Below, piece after piece: positions 11,521-23,500 of a DNA stretch of 64,000 bases. Both the position numbers and the translations under genes were made by a program. The DNA lies in contig OZ024758.1 in the NCBI GenBank assembly GCA_964016885.1, positions 36,766,001-36,830,000 on the forward strand. The letters are read 5' to 3'. The notes under the pieces are model-generated. The model worked only from the letters and a program-made list of their open reading frames with translations, searched no databases and was not told where the DNA came from. The stretch comes from Eledone cirrhosa. Taxonomy: Eukaryota. Position 1 is the stretch's first letter. Each line of letters begins with the position of its first letter.

Positions 11521-14500
11521 ATTTAAGTTCATGGTATTAGCTGTCAGAAGGAACTCCACTGTTGGTGAGAATTCATTTAAGTTCATGGTATTAGCTGTCA
11601 GAAGTAACTCCAATGTTGGTGAGAATTCATTTAAGTTCATGGTACTAGCTGTCAGAAGTAACTCCACTGTTGGTGAGAATTCATTTAAGTTCATGGTATT
11701 AGCTGTCAGAAGTAACTCCACTGTTGGTGAGAATTCATTTAAGTTCATGGTACTAGTTGTCAGAAGTAACTCCACTGTTGGTGAGAATTCATTTAAGTTC
11801 ATGGTACTAGCTGTCAGAAGTAACTCCACTGTTGGTGAGAATTCATTTAAGTTCATGGTATTAGTTTGTCAGAAGTAACTCCACTGTTGGTGAGAATTCA
11901 TTTAATTCATGGTATTAGTTGTCAGAAGTAACTCCAATGTTGGTGAGAATTCATTTAAGTCATGGTACTAGCTGTCAGAAGTAACTCCAATGTTGGTGAG
12001 AATTCATTTAAGTTCATGGTATTAGCTGTCAGAAGGAACTCCACTGTTGGTGAGAATTCATTTAAGTTCATGGTATTAGCTGTCAGAAGTAACTCCACTG
12101 TTGGTGAGAATTCATTTAAGTTCATGGTACTGGCTGTCAGAAGTAACTCCAATGTTGGTGAGAATTCATTTAAGTTCATGGTATTAGCTGTCAGAAGTAA
12201 CTCCACTGTTGGTGAGAATTCATTTAAGTCATGGTATTAGCTGTCAGAAGTAACTCCAATGTTGGTGAGAATTCATTTAAGTTCATGGTATTAGCTGTCA
12301 GAAGTAACTCCACTGTTGGTGAGAATTCATTTAAGTTCATGGTACTAGCTGTCAGAAGTAACTCCACTGTTGGTGAGAATTCATTTAAGTTCATGGTATT
12401 AGTTTGTCAGAAGTAACTCCACTGTTGGTGAGAATTCATTTAAGTCATGGTATTAGTTGTCAGAAGTTTACTCCAATGTTGGTGAGAATTCATTTAATTT
12501 CATGGTACTAGCTGTCAGAAGCAACTCCACTGTTGGTGAGAATTCATTTAAGTTCATGGTATTAGCTGTCAGAAGTAACTCCACTGTTGGTGAGAATTCA
12601 TTTAAGTTCATGGTATTAGTTGTCAGAAGTAACTCCACTGTTGGTGAGAATTCATTTAAGTCATGGTATTAGTTGTCAGAAGTAACTCCAATGTTGGTTA
12701 GAATTCATTTAAGTTCATGGTTCTAGCTGTCAGAAGTAACTCCACTGTTGGTGAGAATTCATTTAAGTTCATGGTATTAGCTGTCAGAAGTAACTCCACT
12801 GTTGGTGAGAATTCATTTAAGTCATGGTATTAGCTGTCAGAAGTAACTCCATTGTTGGTGGGAATTCATTTAAGCCATGGTACTAGCTGTCAGAAGTAAC
12901 TCCACTGTTGGTGAGAATTCATTTAAGTTCATGGTATTAGCTGTCAGAAGGAACTCCACTGTTGGTGAGAATTCATTTAAGTTCATGGTACTAGCTGTCA
13001 GAAGTAACTCCACTGTTGGTGAGAATTCATTTAAGTTCATGGTACTAGCTGTGAGAAGTAACTCCAATGTTGGTGAGAATTCATTTAAGTTCATGGTATT
13101 AGCTGTCAGAAGTAACTCCACTGTTGGTGAGAATTCATTTAAGTCATGGTATTAGCTGTCAGAAGTAACTCCAATGTTGGTGAGAATTCATTTAAGTCAT
13201 GGTACTAGCTGTCAGAAGTAACTCCAATGTTGGTGAGAATTCAGTTAAGTTCATGGTATTAGCTGTCAGAAGGAACTCCACTGTTGGTGAGAATTCATTT
13301 AAGTTCATGGTATTAGCTGTCAGAAGTAACTCCACTGTTGGTGAGAATTCATTTAAGTTCATGGTACTAGCTGTCAGAAGTAACTCCACTGTTGGTGAGA
13401 ATTCATTTAAGTTCATGGTACTAGCTGTCAGAAGTAACTCCACTGTTGGTGAGAATTCAGTTAAGTTCATGGTATTAGTTGTCAGAAGTAACTCCACTGT
13501 TGGTGAGAATTCATTTAAATCATGGTATTAGTTGTCAGAAGTAACTCCAATGTTGGTGAGAATTCATTTAAGTTCATGGTACTAGCTGTCAGAAGTAACT
13601 CCACTGTTGGTGAGAATTCATTTAAGTTCATGGTATTAGCTGTCAGAAGTAACTCCACTGTTGGTGAGAATTCATTTAAATCATGGTATTAGTTGTCAGA
13701 AGTAACTCCAATGTTGGTAAGAATTCATTTAAGTTCATGGTACTAGCTGTCAGAAGTAACTCCACTGTTGGTGAGAATTCATTTAAGTTCATGGTATTAG
13801 CTGTCAGAAGTAACTCCACTGTTGGTGAGAATTCATTTAAGTCATGGTATTAGCTGTCAGAAGTAACTCCATTGTTGGTGAGAATTCATTGAAGTCATGG
13901 TACTAGCTGTCAGAAGTAACTCCAATGTTGGTGAGAATTCAGTTAAGTTCATGGTATTAGCTGTCAGAAGGAACTCCAATGTTGGTGAGAATTCATTTAA
14001 GTTCATGGTATTAGTTGTCAGAAGTAACTCCACTGTTGGTGAGAATTCATTTAAGTTCATGGTATTAGCTGTCAGAAGTAACTCCACTGTTGGTGAGAAT
14101 TCATTTAAGTTCATGGTATTAGCTGTCAGAAGGAACGCCACTGTTGGTGAGAATTCATTTAAGTTCATGGTATTAGCTGTCAGAAGTAACTCAACTGTTG
14201 GTGAGAATTCATTTAAGTTCATGGTACTAGTTGTCAGAAGTAACTCCACTGTTGGTGAGAATTCATTTAAGTTCATGGTATTAGTTGTCAGAAGTAACTC
14301 CACTGTTGGTGAGAATTCATTTAAGTCATGGTATTAGTTGTCAGAAGTAACTCCACTGTTGGTGAGAATTCATTTAAGTTCATGGTATTAGCTGTCAGAA
14401 GTAACCCCAATGTTGGTGAGAATTCATTTAAGTTCATGGTTCTAGCTGTCAGAAGTAACTCCACTGTTGGTGAGAATTCATTTAAGTTCATGGTATTAGC

Positions 14501-17500
14501 TGTCAGAAGTAACTCCACTGTTGGTGAGAGTTCATTTAAGTCATGGTATTAGCTGTCAGAAGTAACTCCATTGTTGGTGAGAATTCATTTAAGTCATGGT
14601 ACTAGCTGTCAGAAGTAACTCCACTGTTGGTGAGAATTCATTTAAGTTCATGGTATTAGCTGTCAGAAGGAACTCCACTGTTGGTGAGAATTCATTTAAG
14701 TTCATGGTACTAGCTGTCAGAAGTAACTCCACTGTTGGTGAGAATTCATTTAAGTTCATGGTATTAGTTTGTCAGAAGTAACTCCACTGTTGGTGAGAAT
14801 TCATTTAATTCATGGTATTAGTTGTCAGAAGTAACTCCAATGTTGGTGAGAATTCATTTAAGTCATGGTACTAGCTGTCAGAAGTAACTCCAATGTTGGT
14901 GAGAATTCATTTAAGTTCATGGTATTAGCTGTCAGAAGGAACTCCACTGTTGGTGAGAATTCATTTAAGTTCATGGTATTAGCTGTCAGAAGTAACTCCA
15001 CTGTTGGCGAGAATTCATTTAAGTTCATGGTACTAGCTGTCAGAAGTAACTCCAATGTTGGTGAGAATTCATTTAAGTTCATGGTATTAGCTGTCAGAAG
15101 TAACTCCACTGTTGGTGAGAATTTATTTAAGTCATGGTATTAGCTGTCAGAAGTAACTCCAATGTTGGTGAGAATTCATTTAAGTTCATGGTACTAGCTG
15201 TCAGAAGTAACTCCACTGTTGGTGAGAATTCATTTAAGTTCATGGTATTAGTTTGTCAGAAGTAACTCCACTGTTGGTGAGAATTCATTTAAGTCATGGT
15301 ATTAGTTGTCAGAAGTAACTCCAATGTTGGTGAGAATTCATTTAAGTTCATGGTACTAGCTGTCAGAAGTAACTCCACTGTTGGTGAGAATTCATTTAAA
15401 TCATGGTATTAGTTGTCAGAAGTAACTCCACTGTTGGTGAGAATTCATTTAAGTCATGGTATTAGCTGTCAGAAGTAACTCCATTGTTGGTGAGAATTCA
15501 TTGAAGTCATGGTACTAGCTGTCAGAAGTAACTCCAATGTTGGTGAGAATTCAGTTAAGTTCATGGTATTAGCTGTCAGAAGGAACTCCAATGTTGGTGA
15601 GAATTCATTTAAGTTCATGGTATTAGTTGTCAGAAGTAACTCCACTGTTGGTGAGAATTCATTTAAGTTCATGGTATTAGCTGTCAGAAGTAACTCCACT
15701 GTTGGTGAGAATTCATTTAAGTTCATGGTATTAGCTGTCAGAAGGAACGCCACTGTTGGTGAGAATTCATTTAAGTTCATGGTATTAGCTGTCAGAAGTA
15801 ACTCAACTGTTGGTGAGAATTCATTTAAGTTCATGGTACTAGTTGTCAGAAGTAACTCCACTGTTGGTGAGAATTCATTTAAGTTCATGGTATTAGTTGT
15901 CAGAAGTAACTCCACTGTTGGTGAGAATTCATTTAAGTTCATGGTATTAGCTGTCAGAAGTAACCCCAATGTTGGTGAGAATTCATTTCAGTTCATGGTT
16001 CTAGCTGTCAGAAGTAACTCCACTGTTGGTGAGAATTCATTTAAGTTCATGGTATTAGCTGTCAGAAGTAACTCCACTGTTGGTGAGAGTTCATTTAAGT
16101 CATGGTATTAGCTGTCAGAAGTAACTCCATTGTTGGTGAGAATTCATTTAAGTCATGGTACTAGCTGTCAGAAGTAACTCCACTGTTGGTGAGAATTCAT
16201 TTAAGTTCATGGTATTAGCTGTCAGAAGGAACTCCACTGTTGGTGAGAATTCATTTAAGTTCATGGTACTAGCTGTCAGAAGTAACTTCACTGTTGGTGA
16301 GAATTCATTTAAGTTCATGGTATTAGTTTGTCAGAAGTAACTCCACTGTTGGTGAGAATTCATTTAATTCATGGTATTAGTTGTCAGAAGTAACTCCAAT
16401 GTTGGTGAGAATTCATTTAAGTCATGGTACTAGCTGTCAGAAGTAACTCCAATGTTGGTGAGAATTCATTTAAGTTCATGGTATTAGCTGTCAGAAGTAA
16501 CTCCACTGTTGGCGAGAATTCATTTAAGTTCATGGTACTAGCTGTCAGAAGTAACTCCAATGTTGGTGAGAATTCATTTAAGTTCATGGTATTAGCTGTC
16601 AGAAGTAACTCCACTGTTGGTGAGAATTCATTTAAGTCATGGTATTAGCTGTCAGAAGTAACTCCAATGTTGGTGAGAATTCATTTACGTTCATGGTACT
16701 AGCTGTCAGAAGTAACTCCACTGTTGGTGAGAATTCATTTAAGTTCATGGTATTAGTTTGTCAGAAGTAACTCCACTGTTGGTGAGAATTCATTTAAGTC
16801 ATGGTATTAGTTGTCAGAAGTTTACTCCAATGTTGGTGAGAATTCATTTAAGTTCATGGTACTAGCTGTCAGAAGTAATTCCACTGTTGGTGAGAATTCA
16901 TTTAAGTTCATGGTATTAGCTGTCAGAAGTAACTCCACTGTTGGTGAGAATTCATTTAAGTCATGGTATTAGCTGTCAGAAGTAACTCCAATGTTGGTGA
17001 GAATTCATTTAAGTCATGGTACTAGCTGTCAGAAGTAACTCCAATGTTGGTGAGAATTCAGTTAAGTTCATGGTATTAGCTGTCAGAAGGAACTCCACTG
17101 TTGGTGAGAATTCATTTAAGTTCATGGTATTAGTTGTCAGAAGTAACTCCACTGTTGGTGAGAATTCATTTAAGTTCATGGTATTAGCTGTCAGAAGTAA
17201 CCCCAATGTTGGTGAGAATTCATTTAAGTTCATGGTTCTAGCTGTCAGAAGTAACTCCAATGTTGGTGAGAATTCATTTACGTTCATGGTATTAGCTGTC
17301 AGAAGTATCTCCACTGTTGGTGAGAATTCATTTAAGTTCATGGTACTAGCTGTCAGAAGTAACTCCAATGTTGGTGAGAATTCATTTAAGTTCATGGTAT
17401 TAGCTGTCAGAAGTAACTCCACTATTGGTGAGAATTCATTTAAGTCATGGTATTAGCTGTCAGAAGTAACTCCAATGTTGGTGAGAATTCATTTAAGTTC

Positions 17501-20500
17501 ATGGTATTAGCTGTCAGAAGTAACTCCACTGTTGGTGAGAATTCATTTAAGTTCACGGTACTAGCTGTCAGAAGTAACTCCACTGTTGGTGAGAATTCAT
17601 TTAAGTTCATGGTATTAGTTTGTCAGAAGTAACTCCACTGTTGGTGAGAATTCATTTAAGTTCATGGTACTAGCTGTCAGAAGTAACTCCAATGTTGGTG
17701 AGAATTCATTTAAGTTCATGGTATTAGCTGTCAGAAGGAACTCCACTGTTGGTGAGAATTCATTTAAGTTCATGGTATTAGCTGTCAGAAGTAACTCCAC
17801 TGTTGGTGAGAATTCATTTAAGTTCATGGTATTAGCTGTCAGAAGGAACTCCAATGTTGGTGAGAATTCATTTAAGTCATGGTACTAGCTGTCAGAAGTA
17901 ACTCCACTGTTGGTGAGAATTCATTTAAGTTCATGGTATTAGCTGTCAGAAGTAACTCCACTGTTGGTGAGAATTCATTTAAGTTCATGGTACTAGCTGT
18001 CAGAAGTAACTCCACTGTTGGTGAGAATTCATTTAAGTTCATGGTATTAGCTGTCAGAAGTAACTCCACTGTTGGTGAGAATTCATTTAAATCATGGTAT
18101 TAGTTGTCAGAAGTAACTCCAATGTTGGTAAGAATTCATTTAAGTTCATGGTACTAGCTGTCAGAAGTAACTCCACTGTTGGTGAGAATTCATTTAAGTT
18201 CATGGTATTAGCTGTCAGAAGTAACTCCACTGTTGGTGAGAATTCATTTAAGTCATGGTATTAGCTGTCAGAAGTAACTCCAATGTTGGTGAGAATTCAG
18301 TTAAGTTCATGGTATTAGCTGTCAGAAGGAACTCCAATGTTGGTGAGAATTCATTTAAGTCATGGTATTAGCTGTCAGAAGTAACTCCATTGTTGGTGAG
18401 AATTCATTTAAGTCATGGTACTAGCTGACAGAAGTAACTCCACTGTTGGTGAGAATTCATTTAAGTTCATGGTATTAGCTGTCAGAAGGAACTCCACTGT
18501 TGGTGAGAATACATTTAAGTTCATGGTACTAGCTGTCAGAAGTAACTCCACTGTTGGTGAGAATTCATTTAAGTTCATGGTATTAGTTTGTCAGAAGTAA
18601 CTCCACTGTTGGTGAGAATTCATTTAATTCATGGTATTAGTTGTCAGAAGTAACTCCAATGTTGGTGAGAATTCATTTAAGTCATGGTACTAGCTGTCAG
18701 AAGTAACTCCAATGTTGGTGAGAATTCATTTAAGTTCATGGTACTAGCTGTCAGAAGTAACTCCAATGTTGGTGAGAATTCATTTAAGTTCATGGTATTA
18801 GCTGTCAGAAGGAACTCCACTGTTGGTGAGAATTCATTTAAGTTCATGGTATTAGCTGTCAGAAGTAACTCCACTGTTGGTGAGAATTCATTTAAGTTCA
18901 TGGTACTAGTTGTCAGAAGTAACTCCACTGTTGGTGAGAATTCATTTAAGTTCATGTTACTAGCTGTCAGAAGTAACTCCACTGTTGGTGAGAATTCATT
19001 TAAGTTCATGGTATTAGTTTGTCAGAAGTAACTCCACTGTTGGTGAGAATTCATTTACGTTCATGGTATTAGCTGTCAGAAGTATCTCCACTGTTGGTGA
19101 GAATTCATTTAAGTTCATGGTACTAGCTGTCAGAAGTAACTCCAATGTTGGTGAGAATTCATTTAAGTTCATGGTATTAGCTGTCAGAAGTAACTCCACT
19201 GTTGGTGAGAATTCATTTAAGTTGTGGTATTAGCTGTCAGAAGTAACTCCAATGTTGGTGAGAATTCATTTAAGTTCATGGTATTAGCTGTCAGAAGTAA
19301 CTCCACTGTTGGTGAGAATTCATTTAAGTTCACGGTACTAGCTGTCAGAAGTAACTCCACTGTTGGTGAGAATTCATTTAAGTTCATGGTATTAGTTTGT
19401 CAGAAGTAACTCCACTGTTGGTGAGAATTCATTTAAGTTCATGGTACTAGCTGTCAGAAGTAACTCCAATGTTGGTGAGAATTCATTTAAGTTCATGGTA
19501 TTAGCTGTCAGAAGGAACTCCACTGTTGGTGAGAATTCATTTAAGTTCATGGTATTAGCTGTCAGAAGTAACTCCACTGTTGGTGAGAATTCATTTAAGT
19601 TCATGGTATTAGCTGTCAGAAGGAACTCCAATGTTGGTGAGAATTCATTTAAGTCATGGTACTAGCTGTCAGAAGTAACTCCACTGTTGGTGAGAATTCA
19701 TTTAAGTTCATGGTATTAGCTGTCAGAAGTAACTCCACTGTTGGTGAGAATTCATTTAAGTTCATGGTACTAGCTGTCAGAAGTAACTCCACTGTTGGTG
19801 AGAATTCATTTAAGTTCATGGTATTAGCTGTCAGAAGTAACTCCACTGTTGGTGAGAATTCATTTAAATCATGGTATTAGTTGTCAGAAGTAACTCCAAT
19901 GTTGGTAAGAATTCATTTAAGTTCATGGTACTAGCTGTCAGAAGTAACTCCACTGTTGGTGAGAATTCATTTAAGTTCATGGTATTAGCTGTCAGAAGTA
20001 ACTCCACTGTTGGTGAGAATTCATTTAAGTCATGGTATTAGCTGTCAGAAGTAACTCCAATGTTGGTGAGAATTCAGTTAAGTTCATGGTATTAGCTGTC
20101 AGAAGGAACTCCAATGTTGGTGAGAATTCATTTAAGTCATGGTATTAGCTGTCAGAAGTAACTCCATTGTTGGTGAGAATTCATTTAAGTCATGGTACTA
20201 GCTGACAGAAGTAACTCCACTGTTGGTGAGAATTCATTTAAGTTCATGGTATTAGCTGTCAGAAGGAACTCCACTGTTGGTGAGAATACATTTAAGTTCA
20301 TGGTACTAGCTGTCAGAAGTAACTCCACTGTTGGTGAGAATTCATTTAAGTTCATGGTATTAGTTTGTCAGAAGTAACTCCACTGTTGGTGAGAATTCAT
20401 TTAATTCATGGTATTAGTTGTCAGAAGTAACTCCAATGTTGGTGAGAATTCATTTAAGTCATGGTACTAGCTGTCAGAAGTAACTCCAATGTTGGTGAGA

Positions 20501-23500
20501 ATTCATTTAAGTTCATGGTATTAGCTGTCAGAAGGAACTCCACTGTTGGTGAGAATTCATTTAAGTTCATGGTATTAGCTGTCAGAAGTAACTCCAATGT
20601 TGGTGAGAATTCATTTAAGTTCATGGTACTAGCTGTCAGAAGTAACTCCACTGTTGGTGAGAATTCATTTAAGTTCATGGTATTAGCTGTCAGAAGTAAC
20701 TCCACTGTTGGTGAGAATTCATTTAAGTTCATGGTACTAGTTGTCAGAAGTAACTCCACTGTTGGTGAGAATTCATTTAAGTTCATGGTACTAGCTGTCA
20801 GAAGTAACTCCACTGTTGGTGAGAATTCATTTAAGTTCATGGTATTAGTTTGTCAGAAGTAACTCCACTGTTGGTGAGAATTCATTTAATTCATGGTATT
20901 AGTTGTCAGAAGTAACTCCAATGTTGGTGAGAATTCATTTAAGTCATGGTACTAGCTGTCAGAAGTAACTCCAATGTTGGTGAGAATTCATTTAAGTTCA
21001 TGGTATTAGCTGTCAGAAGGAACTCCACTGTTGGTGAGAATTCATTTAAGTTCATGGTATTAGCTGTCAGAAGTAACTCCACTGTTGGTGAGAATTCATT
21101 TAAGTTCATGGTACTGGCTGTCAGAAGTAACTCCAATGTTGGTGAGAATTCATTTAAGTTCATGGTATTAGCTGTCAGAAGTAACTCCACTGTTGGTGAG
21201 AATTCATTTAAGTCATGGTATTAGCTGTCAGAAGTAACTCCAATGTTGGTGAGAATTCATTTAAGTTCATGGTATTAGCTGTCAGAAGTAACTCCACTGT
21301 TGGTGAGAATTCATTTAAGTTCATGGTACTAGCTGTCAGAAGTAACTCCACTGTTGGTGAGAATTCATTTAAGTTCATGGTATTAGTTTGTCAGAAGTAA
21401 CTCCACTGTTGGTGAGAATTCATTTAAGTCATGGTATTAGTTGTCAGAAGTTTACTCCAATGTTGGTGAGAATTCATTTAATTTCATGGTACTAGCTGTC
21501 AGAAGCAACTCCACTGTTGGTGAGAATTCATTTAAGTTCATGGTATTAGCTGTCAGAAGTAACTCCACTGTTGGTGAGAATTCATTTAAGTTCATGGTAT
21601 TAGTTGTCAGAAGTAACTCCACTGTTGGTGAGAATTCATTTAAGTCATGGTATTAGTTGTCAGAAGTAACTCCAATGTTGGTTAGAATTCATTTAAGTTC
21701 ATGGTTCTAGCTGTCAGAAGTAACTCCACTGTTGGTGAGAATTCATTTAAGTTCATGGTATTAGCTGTCAGAAGTAACTCCACTGTTGGTGAGAATTCAT
21801 TTAAGTCATGGTATTAGCTGTCAGAAGTAACTCCATTGTTGGTGGGAATTCATTTAAGCCATGGTACTAGCTGTCAGAAGTAACTCCACTGTTGGTGAGA
21901 ATTCATTTAAGTTCATGGTATTAGCTGTCAGAAGGAACTCCACTGTTGGTGAGAATTCATTTAAGTTCATGGTACTAGCTGTCAGAAGTAACTCCACTGT
22001 TGGTGAGAATTCATTTAAGTTCATGGTACTAGCTGTGAGAAGTAACTCCAATGTTGGTGAGAATTCATTTAAGTTCATGGTATTAGCTGTCAGAAGTAAC
22101 TCCACTGTTGGTGAGAATTCATTTAAGTCATGGTATTAGCTGTCAGAAGTAACTCCAATGTTGGTGAGAATTCATTTAAGTCATGGTACTAGCTGTCAGA
22201 AGTAACTCCAATGTTGGTGAGAATTCAGTTAAGTTCATGGTATTAGCTGTCAGAAGGAACTCCACTGTTGGTGAGAATTCATTTAAGTTCATGGTATTAG
22301 CTGTCAGAAGTAACTCCACTGTTGGTGAGAATTCATTTAAGTTCATGGTACTAGCTGTCAGAAGTAACTCCACTGTTGGTGAGAATTCATTTAAGTTCAT
22401 GGTACTAGCTGTCAGAAGTAACTCCACTGTTGGTGAGAATTCAGTTAAGTTCATGGTATTAGTTGTCAGAAGTAACTCCACTGTTGGTGAGAATTCATTT
22501 AAATCATGGTATTAGTTGTCAGAAGTAACTCCAATGTTGGTGAGAATTCATTTAAGTTCATGGTACTAGCTGTCAGAAGTAACTCCACTGTTGGTGAGAA
22601 TTCATTTAAGTTCATGGTATTAGCTGTCAGAAGTAACTCCACTGTTGGTGAGAATTCATTTAAATCATGGTATTAGTTGTCAGAAGTAACTCCAATGTTG
22701 GTAAGAATTCATTTAAGTTCATGGTACTAGCTGTCAGAAGTAACTCCACTGTTGGTGAGAATTCATTTAAGTTCATGGTATTAGCTGTCAGAAGTAACTC
22801 CACTGTTGGTGAGAATTCATTTAAGTCATGGTATTAGCTGTCAGAAGTAACTCCATTGTTGGTGAGAATTCATTGAAGTCATGGTACTAGCTGTCAGAAG
22901 TAACTCCAATGTTGGTGAGAATTCAGTTAAGTTCATGGTATTAGCTGTCAGAAGGAACTCCAATGTTGGTGAGAATTCATTTAAGTTCATGGTATTAGTT
23001 GTCAGAAGTAACTCCACTGTTGGTGAGAATTCATTTAAGTTCATGGTATTAGCTGTCAGAAGTAACTCCACTGTTGGTGAGAATTCATTTAAGTTCATGG
23101 TATTAGCTGTCAGAAGGAACGCCACTGTTGGTGAGAATTCATTTAAGTTCATGGTATTAGCTGTCAGAAGTAACTCAACTGTTGGTGAGAATTCATTTAA
23201 GTTCATGGTACTAGTTGTCAGAAGTAACTCCACTGTTGGTGAGAATTCATTTAAGTTCATGGTATTAGTTGTCAGAAGTAACTCCACTGTTGGTGAGAAT
23301 TCATTTAAGTCATGGTATTAGTTGTCAGAAGTAACTCCACTGTTGGTGAGAATTCATTTAAGTTCATGGTATTAGCTGTCAGAAGTAACCCCAATGTTGG
23401 TGAGAATTCATTTAAGTTCATGGTTCTAGCTGTCAGAAGTAACTCCACTGTTGGTGAGAATTCATTTAAGTTCATGGTATTAGCTGTCAGAAGTAACTCC

